Assembly: GCA_964016885.1 (NCBI GenBank)
Contig: OZ024751.1
Coordinates: 33,108,001 to 33,172,000, forward strand
Direction: 5' to 3'
Source: Eledone cirrhosa
Taxonomy: Eukaryota
DNA length: 64,000 bases
Shown here: positions 13,814-27,203 of the stretch, piece after piece
Layout of the letters: each line of letters opens with the position of its first letter
Position numbering within the stretch: position 1 is the first letter of the stretch
Notes under the pieces: model-generated
Databases searched by the model: none
What the model was told of the DNA's origin: nothing
Seen by the model: only the letters and a program-made list of their open reading frames with translations
Program-made: the position numbers and the translations under genes

Positions 13814-14714
13814 GGACATACCCACACATATATAGGATATGTGACATGGTAAGATAAATATATAGAAAAAAACCCCAGAAATATATAAAGATAATAAACT
13901 AAGACGTTTGGCGATGAAGGTGTGTGTCAGCGCTATGTTGAGACTATCTCCATTACTTTAAGACTTTAAGAGTCAGTCGTGCGTGATTCTGGTTCTATAG
14001 CCAGCTTTCAGTAGATGTTCGTATTGAGATATAAGGAACGTGTGATGAGATGGTTGAAGGAAGATGTGTAGAGTAAGCCTGAGAATGAGGGTTATATGTT
14101 TGAAGTGGGAAGGGGTTTAGGACTGGATGAGGTCAGGAGGCCAAATCAAGATAGAAGTGACTTGCAACAAAGGGTGCGTTGCTAACCTATTTCACTTACA
14201 ATTATTAATACATTGCTTATTTTCCGCATGCAGCTCTTCCTATTTAGGGGTAGTCAGTATAATGATTATCGCTTCTGTGTGAGGCGTGGGGCTTCATATT
14301 ATAATTCGGTTACTTAAGCTGATGTTATTTTACGTAGATTTATTCAATAACAGTTTAATTTCAAAACTGAGTGTTTGTGTTCATGTTAACAGCACATGAT
14401 AATGTCCGATTTCTGGAGAATTCCGTGCTTTTAAAACTTGATTATCTTTATATATTTGGCTATAAAGAGGTTGTAATGGCATCATTCCGTCGTATAGGGT
14501 GGGGTGTGTCTAATCATAGACCATTTGATTCTAAACTCGACTTTATTATCTTTGACTTGCCATATCTTCACTGCTATTACTGTCTGGTAATAGCATCTGT
14601 CCTTAAATGTTATGGTGGTTAATCCTATGTTTAAGTAATCTTGTTGCAGGTTATCGTGCAGTTGTTTATAAAGATGGAAGTTAGATATTTCTTAAAGTAC
14701 CAGTAAAGTGAATG

Positions 14715-16440
14715 ACTAAACTTTGCACCAATTCCTCAAAACCTATTTCTATATTCCAGAAATTAAACATGATATTTAGGACTTCTGCAGAAAACTCAGA
14801 AAAGGGGAACACATTTCTGAGGGGGTAAATGATGATGAATCATTCATCAAAATCAAAAACTATTATCAACTCCCAAAGGGCAGGAATATAGCCCACGGTG
14901 AAAGTAGTAAATACATCTGATATGATCCTGTGGAGGAAGTGGAAATGAGACAAGCAAAACCCAACTTCACCAGACAGCAATAGATCCATTTTTAACAGGA
15001 AAGAAGTATTATCAAGTTAACTATCAAAGGACCTACTTTCTCAAGGACACAAATAACTACATTTATATATTAGACAAAATATGTTACAGGAAATACATAC
15101 TCTGAGGAATCCAACAATTATAAATTGTACAATGTGATGAAACATTCCCTTGATTTACTAAACCCATATCGAAATTGTCAAAACGATAAGATAGTAGACT
15201 TTACCAACAGTTTTAGATGTAGAAAAAGTTTCATCTGTGGAAACAAAATATACAAAACTAATTAATGAGACATACGGAAAGGCGAAATCCAATTTTGTGA
15301 ATATACTCTCAGCAGTTGACTTTGAACTAATACCCATTATAGCCAGCCTGACACATCACCTACGTAATTTCCTTGACATCTTACTGAAGTCTCTCCTCAA
15401 ACACATTTGGAGCTTCATACGAGAAGACCTATATATACTCAACCATCTAAATAGTAAAAATCAAAAATATGCATGGTTTCGTTTGATGTTGTGAACCTAC
15501 ATAGCAACATTCCACACGATTACGGAATTGAAACAATTAGATACAGGCTAGATTCATTTCGAGCAACCAGACCGTTTGCTAGAAAATTCATTATAGATGG
15601 ATTTAATTTATTTTAGAAAACAGCAATTTCTTGTACAGCGACAAAAGTTAAAAAAAGACAAAAGGAAAATGGGAATAAATGTTGTACCAAAATAAACCCG
15701 ACCTAGACACGAGATACCATGAATTAAATATCTACGAACAAACCTCACAAATGTCTGGATAGGAATTAAGTTGCTGTATAAAAGAACATTGGAAAAGATG
15801 CCTAGACAGCTGTTTTATTTCTTTGCGGGGAGGGGATAATCTTGACAAACGAAAACTCTTTCTAAACCACATGTTTAGTAGAGGCGTCTAATTTTCTATA
15901 GACTTCAGTAAAGAAAGGCTTTCCTTTTTAGACACACTTGTGACACAAAGAAACAAAATTTAGAAAAGCACTAGCATATATTTCAAACATATCGTCTCCC
16001 AAGTATTTCCCTGTTTTACATATTATCCAAACTGCTCCCGTAACAATATTGCACTTAACTTCACGAAACACATCTGTACATTAATCTCAAACAGCAAGAG
16101 ACCATAGACTAGATGTGATGAAAAAATACTCATCATGAGAAAATAATTCCAGAATCTAATCCAAAATAATAATCAAGAAGGAAGAGAATTTAAAATCTAG
16201 GATCTTCAGGAAACAAAAGCAATAACAAAGAAATGTTTAGATTATATATTCCAACATTTCATCCAAAGAACACAGATATCTACACAGACACATATAACTA
16301 AACGAGAAATAAATGAAACACTTCTTACAGAAATAATCAATTATAGAATGTAAAAGACAGCCAAACTCACCATAAAATATAATTTTGTATCATAAACGTA
16401 CATGCATATAAAAATCATTAGTTGCGTCTTCAAAACCATA
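14715..16440 (+). mobile_element. Degenerate Penelope-like element reverse transcriptase region
   Basis: Ordered frameshifted motifs: NFAPIP, PIIAS, NFLDILLKSLLKHI.SFIRED, VSFDVVNLHSNIPHDYGIETIRY, LENSNF, WKRCLDSCFI (YxDD site), FLD. Confidence 0.8.
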
Positions 16441-16461
16441 TTATCCTCCCTACATATATAA

Positions 16462-16533
<72 letters not shown>

Positions 16534-17629
16534 TCCACAACTTCTACCCCATAACCGAAATATTAATTATCTCTACCTCTGTTCTTAACTTCCCTACAAA
16601 GATTAATTTCAAAGCTGGCACCAGTGGGATTTGAACTGATTACAGCATATTTCGTTTCTTCCTCACCAGTTTAAACATACACCAAATACTTGCTAACAAA
16701 TTTCATGTTTACAATTGAATGGGGTCTATTTGTATTGAATCTTCGTAGTGTATTACTGGTATATAAACATATTACATATCTCTAGAGAAAGAATGTAAAA
16801 CCCATCTTGGCAGGATTTGAACGCAGATCTTACAATTCCTTCATAAAGTATATGAATTTCAACGAAATTTGCTAGTATATATGTCATACTTAGAATATAG
16901 TTGGCATAATGAAGCGCTTCCAATCATAGAAAACCTGCCTAAAAATTTCTCACCATAATCCATGCAAGAACAAGCTAATGTAAAGATGGAGATGATGGTG
17001 ACATCATCAGTTTAAGGGAAATGCCAACATCATACTGAGATGATCATGCATTTTTAAAGACAAAAAAAATGTGATATAAATGAAGTTAGATGGCATTATC
17101 TTGGAAATGAGATGAAATTGTGAACTAATAAAGTTAGTAACCAATCTGTATTATACTAAATTTAGGGCTAAACACATTTCATGTTACGAAGTACAAGAAC
17201 ATTTAAATTAATCAAGTCTCTTCTTGCATTACTCTCCATCAAGAGGAGACTGGATTCATTTAAATAAGCGAGAGATCAATGTTTAAATCTACTCAAGACA
17301 TGCAGGGGCAACTACTTCAAATCTTAAATAATAATCCAAATGCGCTGATAACACGGAACTCGCAATTAATTAAAATTGCAATAGGTGAGGGAAAACACAT
17401 TAACGTAAGGAACAATAGTTGGCATAATCTTATAGATTAACACACTACCACACCACTAATAATTTTAAGAAGCCAACAAGGGAGTTCTTACATGGCTGTC
17501 CGAATTGCTAGAAATAGAAGTGAACATCTAAATATAAATTTGTCGATGGACTTTCGTCAAATCGGACCGAAGAAACATTGTTTCCGTTGGTCTTTCCAAT
17601 TGCTAATACTATCTATCGGTCGCAACTCC

Positions 17630-17760
17630 AGGTAGAAGGAGCAACGTGAAATAAAGCGTCTTGCTCAAGGACATAACGCATCGTCCGGTCCGAGAATCGA
17701 ACTGAAAACCTCACGATTGCGAATCCAGTTCTCTAACCAGTCAGCCACACACCTTCACAG
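17630..17760 (-). mobile_element. tRNA-derived SINE head (CORE-like family)
   Basis: GTGAAATAAAGCGTCTTGCTCAAGGACATAAC..GAATCGAAC..CTCTAACCAGTCAGCCA is the antisense of a tRNA-like A/B box head. Confidence 0.7.
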
Positions 17761-18489
17761 CGAATTATCTTACGACTATTAAAATGAAGGAAATACTAGG
17801 CAATGTTGTCCTATATCTACTATATTTGTATTGATTGGTAAAATGGAAACAACAGCTTGGAAAATAGATCTGTTTATAGATTGATAACTAAAGTTTTATA
17901 GGAAAGGTATAGAGCGGCCGATGTCAGGGCCGATAACCCTGCCAACTTCCGTCCATGACATCATTGAACCAATCTGTCAGACTGTCTCTGCCAGCTATTG
18001 CACACATGGTAACAGTCCCATAGAACCAACCTTAACAACTCTCTACTCATTCAAACACATATGAATCACATAAGACGCCAGATATCTGTGACTGACTAAC
18101 AAAGCCAATAGTTGAAACAATAGAATTAACATTTCTATGGAAAAGCCCAAACCCTCAAACTAGCAGCCATCGTTCCCGACACTTATACATTCGCTACATA
18201 ACTGTATCCCAGTATAGCCTCGAACATTCTTAGAATATCCCCTTTTATAACAATGCTACGACAAAATCAATAATTTCTTATGGAATATTTACCCAACTTT
18301 CTACGTTAATAATCTGCTAATCTTCTCTGTTTACCTGAGTATTTATTCTGCCATACCTTATTGCTTGACTAGAAAACAGCTTATAACCCATCAGAGTGGA
18401 ATACACCTGGAGGCGAAGCTACCTTAAAATAAAAATTGTAAATTATTTTAAACCATCGTCACTAACGTTATGCTCAGTGTTGATGTGTG

Positions 18490-18826
18490 GATGTGATATC
18501 TGTAGTATATCAAATGGTATACACAGTTATGATGTGATATCTGTAGTATATCTAATGGTGTTATGTCTGTAGTATAATCTATGGTGTACCTAGTAATGAT
18601 GTGATATCTGTAGTATATCTAATGGTATACCTAGTAATGATGTGATGTCTGTAGTATATCTAATGGTATACCTTGTAATGATGTGATATCTGTAGTATAT
18701 CTAATGGTATACCTTGTAATGATGTGATATCTGTGGCATATCTAATGTTAAACACAGTGATGTGATATCTATGGTATATCTAATGTTATACACAGTAATG
18801 ATGTGATATCTGTTGTATATCTAATG
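18490..18826. repeat. 41-bp minisatellite, ~8 copies
   Basis: Unit TAGTAATGATGTGATATCTGTAGTATATCTAATGGTATACC. Confidence 0.9.
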
Positions 18827-19175
18827 TAACAATGTGTGGATATGAAAGTTGTACAGATAACAACAAGATGGAAGAGATAACAAAGAATAACCGGTAGCAA
18901 AGAAGTAGAGATGTCGAATATTGAGAACGGCGAGACTGTGTATATATCGTTGGTATGTATGGACCGGGTCTTTTAAAGTAGGCTCCTCAGAAAATGTCTT
19001 GTGCCAGTTGTATGTTGAGACAGTCCCTAGGGGTAACTTGACAGAGAGCAGCTGCGGTTCTTTGGTTGGTTTAAGGTAGTTTTAGATAGCATAGGTTATC
19101 TAGGGTAGCTGTCCTACTTGGCAGTGTGCTACCATACTGGTGTTTGGCGAAAGAAGCTTTTAATGGGAACCCTTT

Positions 19176-19830
19176 GGCTAGTGTGGTCATGATGGCTAAT
19201 GTGGTGGCTAGTGTGGTCATGATGGCTAGTGTGGTGATGATGGCTAGTGTGGTGATGATGGCTAGTGTGGTGATGATGGCTAATGTGATGGCTAGTGTGG
19301 TGATGATGACTAGTGTGGTGGCTAGTGTGGTGATGATGGCTAGTGTGGTGATGATGGCTAGTGTGGTGATGATGGCTAGTGTGGTGATGATGGCTAATGT
19401 GATGGCTAGTGTGGTGATGATGACTAGTGTGGTGGCTAGTGTGGTCATGATGGCTAGTGTGGTGATGATGGCTAGTGTGGTGATGATGGCTAGTGTGGTG
19501 ATGATGGCTAATGTGGTGGCTAGTGTGGTGATGATGACTAGTGTGGTGGCTAGTGTGGTGATGATGGCTAGTGTGGTGATGATGGCTAGTGTGGTGATGA
19601 TGGCTAGTGTGGTGATGATGGCTAATGTGGTGGCTAGTGTGGTGATGATGGCTAATGTGGTGGCTAGTGTGGTGATGATGGCTAATGTGATGGCTAGTGT
19701 GCTGATGATGACTAGTGTGATGGCTAGTGTGGTGATGATGACTAGTGTGGTGATGATGGCTAGTGTGATGGCTAGTGTGGTGATGATGACTAGTGTGGTG
19801 ATGATGACTAGTGTGATGGCTAGTGTGGTA
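19176..19830. repeat. 18/12-bp minisatellite with 114-bp higher-order repeat
   Basis: Units GGCTAGTGTGGTGATGAT and 12-bp variants; the same register recurs at 19321 and 19435. Confidence 0.95.
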
Positions 19831-19934
19831 AACTAAAGCTAATATTGCTATTTAACAGGACAAAAGACAAGCTATTACAATGATTATTGTATTTAAATTT
19901 AGTTGGCTTATAAATTCTTAACTCTTGCTTCTAC

Positions 19935-20587
19935 TCTCTTCTATGCCTCTCTCTCTCTATCTATCTATTTATCTCCTTCTCTCTCTCTCTCTCTCTCTCT
20001 CTCATTATTTCTCCTCTTCTCACTTTCTTTCCTCTTCTCTCTTCCTCTCCCTCACTATATCTGATTCTTTCACTCAATTTAATTCAATTCATATGTCCCT
20101 CTCTCTCTCACTCACTCACTCTATCTCCTTCACACCCTCTCTTTCTCATTCTCACATTATCTCTGTCTAACTTTCCGCCTCATATCTATCATCTCTCTCT
20201 CTGTTTTCTCTCTCTCTCTCTCTCTTCGCTCTTTCTTCATCTCTTTCCCACTCCCCCCTCTTTCTCGCTCTGTCTCTCTCTCCCTTTTTCCACCCTTCAT
20301 CTTTCTCTCTTTCCCACTCTTCATCTCTCTCTCTCACACACTCACTCTCTCTCTCTCTCTTGCTCTTTCTCTCTCTGTATATATATGTTTCTCTCTTTCT
20401 CCTCTAACACACGTACACACACTCTCTCCCTCTCTCTCCCTCTCTCTCCCTCTCTCTCTCTCTCCCCCCCCCCCTCTCCCCCTCTTCCCCCTATCCCTCA
20501 CAGTCTCTCTCTCCCTCTCCCTCTCCCTCTCTCCCCCTCTCTCTCACAGTCTCTCTCTCCCTCTCTCTCCCTCTCCCCCTCTCCCTC

Positions 20588-20675
<88 letters not shown>

Positions 20676-20694
20676 CCTCTCTCCCCCTCTCTCT
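19935..20694. repeat. CT-rich polypyrimidine low-complexity tract ending in (CT)n
   Basis: Directly visible. Confidence 0.9.
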
Positions 20695-20887
20695 AGCACC
20701 CCACTGCAACACTAAGGCAGCAGTAGTCAGCCAGTAAGACCAGCCACCATGTTTAATATTCTCCACCTCACAGCCAGCTAAATAGACTACTTCCCATCTG
20801 TATGGACAAAGCTATTGATTTGTCGGCTGAGTCACTATCACAAGTTCAACCATATTCTAGCAACCCTCATGCTGCTGAGTCTCCTTC

Positions 20888-22020
20888 TTGCTGCTGCTCT
20901 TACTGCTGCTGCTGCTGCTGCTCTTACTGATGCTGTTGTTACTACTGCTGTTACTGCTGCTGCTGCTGTTGCTCTTACTGCTGCTGTTGTTACTACTGCT
21001 GTTACTGCTGCTGGTGCTGCTGCTGCTCTTACTGCTGCTGTTGTTACTACTGCTGTTACTGCTGCTCTTATTGCTGCTGTTGTAACTACTGCTGTTACTG
21101 CTGCTGCTGCTGCTGCTGCTCTTACTGCTGCTGTTGTTACTACTGCTGTTACTGCTGCTGCTGCTGCTGCTCTTATTGCTGATGTTGTAACTACTGCTGT
21201 TACTGCTGCTGTTGCTGCTGCTCTTACTACTGCTGTTGTTACTACTGCTGTTACTGATGCTGCTGCTGCTGCTCTTACTGCTGCTGTTGTTACTACTGCT
21301 GTTACTGCTGCTGCTGCTGCTGCTCTTATTGCTGCTGTTGTTACTACTGCTGTTACTGCTGCTGCTACTGCTGCTGCTCTTACTGCTGCTGTTGTTACTA
21401 CTGCTGTTACTGCTGCTGCTGCTGTTCTTACTGCTGCTGTTTTACTACTGCTATTGTTACTGCTGCTGTTGCTGTTACTGCTGCTGCTGTTACTGCTGTT
21501 ACTGCTGCTGTGGTTACTGCTGTTACTGCTGCTGTTGTTACTGCTGTTCTTGCTGCTGCTCTTACTGCTCTTATTGCTGCTGTTGCTGTTACTGCTGTTA
21601 TTATTGCTGTTACTGCTGCTGCTGTGTTAGTGCTGCTGTTACTGTTACTGCTGTTACTGCCGCTGCTTTTGTTGCTGCTGCTGCTATTGTTACTGCTACT
21701 TTTGTTGCTGCTGTTGTTAGTACTATCCTTGCTGCTGTTGTTGCTGTTGTTGCTGCTGATACGGCTAAATATTATATTTTCCCTGCTGCTACCGTTGCTG
21801 CAAATCCAGCTGCTCCTGCTGCTGAAACTGCTGCTGCTGCAGTTCTTCGGCTTTGTTTCTCGTCCTCTTTGTAGCTATTGTCACCATCCTCACCATGATC
21901 ACCATCACCATCATCACCATCATCATCACCATTATCATCACCATCATCATCATCATCATTACCATCATCATCACCATCATCATCACTCTCATTACAATTT
22001 TTAACACAATCATCATTACC
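20888..22020. repeat. GCT/GTT/ACT trinucleotide-derived minisatellite followed by (CAT/CAC)n
   Basis: About 10 copies of GCTCTTACTGCTGCTGTTGTTACTACTGCTGTTACT(GCT)n, then a degenerate triplet tract. Confidence 0.9.
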
Positions 22021-22174
22021 ATTCCATTTCTCAGAATGAAAGTCTAAGACGTGGTGGCCACGGCTGTACCACCACCACCCCTACCACCAACACCAACACC
22101 AACAACAACAACACCACCACCACTACCACAACAGACATATTGTGGTCTGGTGTGGCAGTGTGAGAATTATGTTG

Positions 22175-22275
22175 GTGGATTGGCAAGTTAACTTTGCCTT
22201 TCATCCTTACGAATAAAGTGCCAGTAATGTACTGGGATAATTGCTGGCCTTGTGCGAAAAGTAGAAACAATTATT
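22175..22275 (+). mobile_element. SINE copy, internally deleted (family of 10032-10216)
   Basis: AACTTTGCCTTTCATCCTTACG...TTGCTGGCCTTGTGCGAAAAGTAGAAACAATTATT. Confidence 0.85.
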
Positions 22276-23496
22276 GATACACGTGACAGTTGATCTGTCG
22301 TAACCAACAATGTTTCCTTAATAAACTATTAATTGAGCTAATTTTCCATATTTCTACAAGACCTGGTATATATATTTGGTGAGAGTGAAGTCTAGAGACG
22401 ATAAGAACTACATCTCACTTCCAGACTTATTTATTTTACCAAATAAATGCAATGTTGAATCCCAAATACAGTCAACTCGACAGACTTCCACGTATTTTCC
22501 ATCTACCCAATTTGATTATCAATATTTGGACCGATCTTATGGCAAGGCATACTTACCCCCCAAGAAGTCATGTGGTGTGATTAAACTCGTCTATTCCATA
22601 ATCTGCTAGAATAATTTAAAGTTTCATTTCAAATCACACCATACCATATTTGAAAATAACTTTACACTATATAGTCCTAAATATACAAATATACGCGGTT
22701 AGAATGCATTCAATCGTATATGTGAACTCACTCAGTACCGCCCTAGGGTTAAACTAAGAGCTGTAACAACAACAACAACAGCAAAAACAACATTCGCTGC
22801 AATTTAGTTCAGTATTTCTTTAGTAATGTAACGTTTCATCACATTAAACTGATTGAAATATTTCTAAAGTAATGCAACTAAATTCCCGAAAGAAATTCCA
22901 AGATTTAATATCTTATTAAAAATTCATAGATATTTAAGTTATTTTCCTAATCTAATTCACATTTAACGTGAAATTGGAAATAAAAATAAACCAAAACTTT
23001 CATTTTACTAACCTGGTCAAATTATTATTTTCCCCCGTTTCCTGATTTCAGATCGATATAAATTCTAATCTTTCCTTGGCAATTTCCTAAGGTGACATTT
23101 CCTCCAACTTGGTTGGCCTCTGTAGGAGTGTTTTGAATTATTTACTTTACTGAGTCAGTTTATTTAGTTCTTGGATATTCACTGAACTACTGTTAATTCC
23201 TTACATCGATTCGTTGCCGTTTCTCTACACATAACACATAAAGAACCAATATTTTCAGAGAGAGAAAAATGTTAAAATTGTGATGTTGTAATACTGAAGT
23301 TTGTATAATGGAATAGACATGGCTGTGTGTTTAACAAGTTTGTTTTACAAACACTTAGTTCTTTGGTTCGAACACACATTGGGATATCTGAGATAAGACT
23401 CTTCATACATGGCTTTTGGGTAGAATTTGGCTGATAGAAGCTCTGTCCAAATTTATTGTGTCTATATAAATGTATGTGTGCGTATGTCTGTATTAT

Positions 23497-23610
<114 letters not shown>

Positions 23611-23699
23611 TAGATAGATAAATAGATAGAAAGATATAGTTCGGATAACTAGCTGGCGAAACGGCCGGAGCTCAGCCATCGTGGTCCTGAATCTTTTCA

Positions 23700-23809
<110 letters not shown>

Positions 23810-24092
23810 TGTGTGTGTGTGTGTGTGTATTCTGTCTATTTAATGAAATACCTAACATAACTAAACATATTCTGATTGGGTCAGTAGTCAGTGGGAGCAA
23901 ATTAAACATTTTCTGAGGAAGGACTGTGAATTTCCAATCACATTCACTTAACCTTAAACCAATCTGTTTAAAATTCCAAACCACACCATTAACCAGATTT
24001 ACATTCTCTCTGACTTCATAGGAAAAATACTGTGAAAAGAATGAAAAGAAAATCTTCTCCCCCCGACTAGCAGATGTACCAACATACCTTAC

Positions 24093-24149
24093 CTAAGCAA
24101 ATGACAATCACACCTGCTACAGATATTACCTTCCCGTAGAATGGTTCAA
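24093..24149 (-). CDS. Candidate 57-nt internal exon encoding a hydrophobic, TM-like segment
   Basis: tttattattag|...GCTTAG|gtaagg; phase 1-1 frame reads EPFYGKVISVAGVIVICLG. No recognisable homology. Confidence 0.3.
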
Positions 24150-25521
24150 CTAATAATAAATATAAATACACCATATCTCTTCATAGGAGCAATAGTAATG
24201 GAAATGATGAAGACGATGGTGGCGGTGGCGGTGACGATGACGATGATGATGATGTTAATAATAATAATATTAAAAATAATAATATAATAAAAAACAAAAA
24301 TAATAATAAATAATCAGGAGAAAAAAGAAGAGGAAACAGGGAAAGAGGAACAAGGAGAAAGAGGAAAAAAAAAGATTACATTCGTATTAGCTGTCTTTGA
24401 AATCTAATAAAAACCAATTCCGTATTCCTAGTAGAAAATATTTTTTACTTGTATACATTAAATACCATTGCTGTTTATATACATACTTATATGCATAGTA
24501 GCAGGAATGAGCACACGTACACATACACACACACACACACACAGACGCTCTCACACACCCACACAGACACACTAGCTATGCATATATGCCTATTTACACT
24601 CAATCACTCACACACACTCTCACACATTCTCCCACACATATTTGCCATGCATATATGCATGTTTGCACTGATGGGGGACACACTTGCTTTACATATATAT
24701 TTTTGTATTATCTATCTATCTATTTATCGATCTATCTATACACACACACACACACACACACATACACGCACACACACTCATACATATATACATAGATACA
24801 TACACACATCTCCCAATCTACCATCTTCTACAACAATTAATTCGTGTGAAGCAGATATCTTTATCATAATATATGCATCTTTATCATAATTTATGCATCT
24901 GGAGGAATTCCAGTGATTTGGGTGACTAAAGATACAAACAACTGTCTATATTGTAAATGATAGCTATAATCTAAAGTGGAAATAGTTTGATAGATACCAC
25001 ATTGGAATATATTATATGAGATTGGAGCAGTTGTTGTTGAGTAATGATAGCCCTGTCTTAGTCAAAGCCCTTCTAAACCTTACTCTCACATTGGTTTGTA
25101 TATAGCTATGACTACATTGTCTAATATTTCGGTCCTTTAACATGGTGCTTATCTTGTACATCGTTTCTTTTCTTTACATGGAGAAGAGGTGAAGTCAAGA
25201 ATGGTGGAACTTGAACTCAGGATTTAACTGACTATAACTAAATACTGCAAACCATTGTATCTCATGTTTTACTAATTCAATAAAGCCCACCAACATATTC
25301 ACATGACCAAATCAGAAGGAGATAATTGTCAATTAAGTCGTTCCTCTGCTTGATTTCTACTTTATTTAATCGATTGTGAACGGATGAAATTCAGTGACAA
25401 CATCAACGGGATTTGAACTCAGGACACACGGAGCCGAAACTAAAATACCAGTTATGACTGATTTCCTTTTAAATAACAATACATCATCACACACCTTTCC
25501 AGTCTATCAACCTCATCTTTC

Positions 25522-25581
<60 letters not shown>

Positions 25582-25868
25582 AAATAACGAAACGAAATTA
25601 AATTTCGTTTCGTTTGTAACTCACTTATGTATGACTGACGCTTAAACAATTAAGTTAAAAATGTACATCCACATATGTATACTGAAATACTAGTATGCAT
25701 ATGAATACACACACGTATACATATGTAGATGTACCAAGTTTTTCACTGGTCACTTTACTGTGAGTGTCCAGCTATTCTGTATGTAAACACACAGACAAAC
25801 AGGTTTTTAGAGTCATACTGGTTTTTGAGGAAACAGCTTTCCTCTATTCTCCAGAAAGCCAGATAAGG

Positions 25869-25913
25869 AATATTGAACTAGTTTCGTTGTTGTTACAACT
25901 CATCAGCAATATT
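25869..25913 (-). ncRNA. Minimal type-I hammerhead ribozyme (inverted copy)
   Basis: Exact reverse complement of 26120-26164. Confidence 0.8.
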
Positions 25914-26119
25914 TACCTATCTTAAGCGTCAGTCATACAAAAGTGAGTTACAAACGAAACGAAATTTAATTTCGTTTCGTTATTTGTTTTTATCGTCTCC
26001 CTTGAACCGGTACGTACTCACACTCTATGCAAATTAGTCTGCCCACTAGTAATTTTCATAGAAAAAGCATATAACGATATGTGCTTTTACGATTCTCCAG
26101 AAAGGCCGGAAGATAGGTA

Positions 26120-26164
26120 AATATTGCTGATGAGTTGTAACAACAACGAAACTAGTTCAATATT
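26120..26164 (+). ncRNA. Minimal type-I hammerhead ribozyme
   Basis: Stem I AATATTG/CAATATT, CTGATGA, stem II GTTGT-aaca-ACAAC, GAAA, palindromic stem III ACTAGT, GUU cleavage triplet (cut after 26157). Confidence 0.8.
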
Positions 26165-26385
26165 CCTTGTCTGGCTTTCTGGAGAATAGAGGAAAGCTGT
26201 TTCCTCAAAAACCAGTATGACTCTAAAAACCGGTTTGTCTGTGTGTTTACATACAGAATAGCTGGACACTTACAGTAAAGTGACCAGTGAAAAACTTGGT
26301 ACATCTACATATGTATACGTGTGTGTATTCATATGCATACTAGTATTTCAGTATACATATGTGGATGTACATTTTTAACTTAATT

Positions 26386-26453
<68 letters not shown>

Positions 26454-26456
<3 letters not shown>

Positions 26457-26812
26457 AGGAGGAGATGAGAGTAAAACTCTCATCTCCTCCTCTTCCTTAC
26501 CCCCCCCCCCCTCACTTTTTCCCAATCTCATACATCAATCTTAAATTATTTTTCATATGTTGATTTAAAACTTCACTCTTCACAAGTGTTTTTTAAGCTT
26601 CATATCATGTATCCCTATTTTATCTGATGAAAACGCAGATATCATCCCATGATGATATTTGTTTTTGAAATGCGCATAATAAAATACTTGGAACTCTTTC
26701 AACCATCTTTTCATCTTATATATTATTTATACTCCAGTCATACAAACTGTAGAGTGCTTCTTATCCGATATTTGCATTGCTTTATTGTGCTACAATAAAA
26801 CTCACCTCCTAC
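26454..26812 (+). mobile_element. Short hammerhead-bearing element (PLE pLTR-like) in (TA)n, with 5' fold-back
   Basis: 19-bp hairpin at 26454-26494, hammerhead at 26616-26686, 3' end CAATAAAACTCACCTCCTAC-(AT)n identical to the copy at 56913-57170. Confidence 0.8.
26616..26686 (+). ncRNA. Type-I hammerhead ribozyme
   Basis: Stem I TATTTTAT/ATAAAATA, CTGATGA, long stem II (CAGATATCATC-ccat-GATGATATTTG), GAAA, palindromic stem III ATGCGCAT, AUA triplet (cut after 26678). Confidence 0.8.

Positions 26813-27203
<391 letters not shown>

Larger units (their letters stand above)
25578..26390 (+). mobile_element. Hammerhead-bearing retrozyme-like/PLE-derived insert with A-B-A'-C-B' structure in (TA)n
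   Basis: A 25578-25645 is inverted at 25922-25989 (1 mismatch seen). B 25643-25923 is inverted at 26110-26390 (about 3 mismatches seen). (TA)n lies on both flanks. Confidence 0.8.

Noticed and set aside
19126-19836. 236-aa SVVMMA-repeat ORF
   Set aside because: Translation of a minisatellite whose units are multiples of 3; no unique domain.
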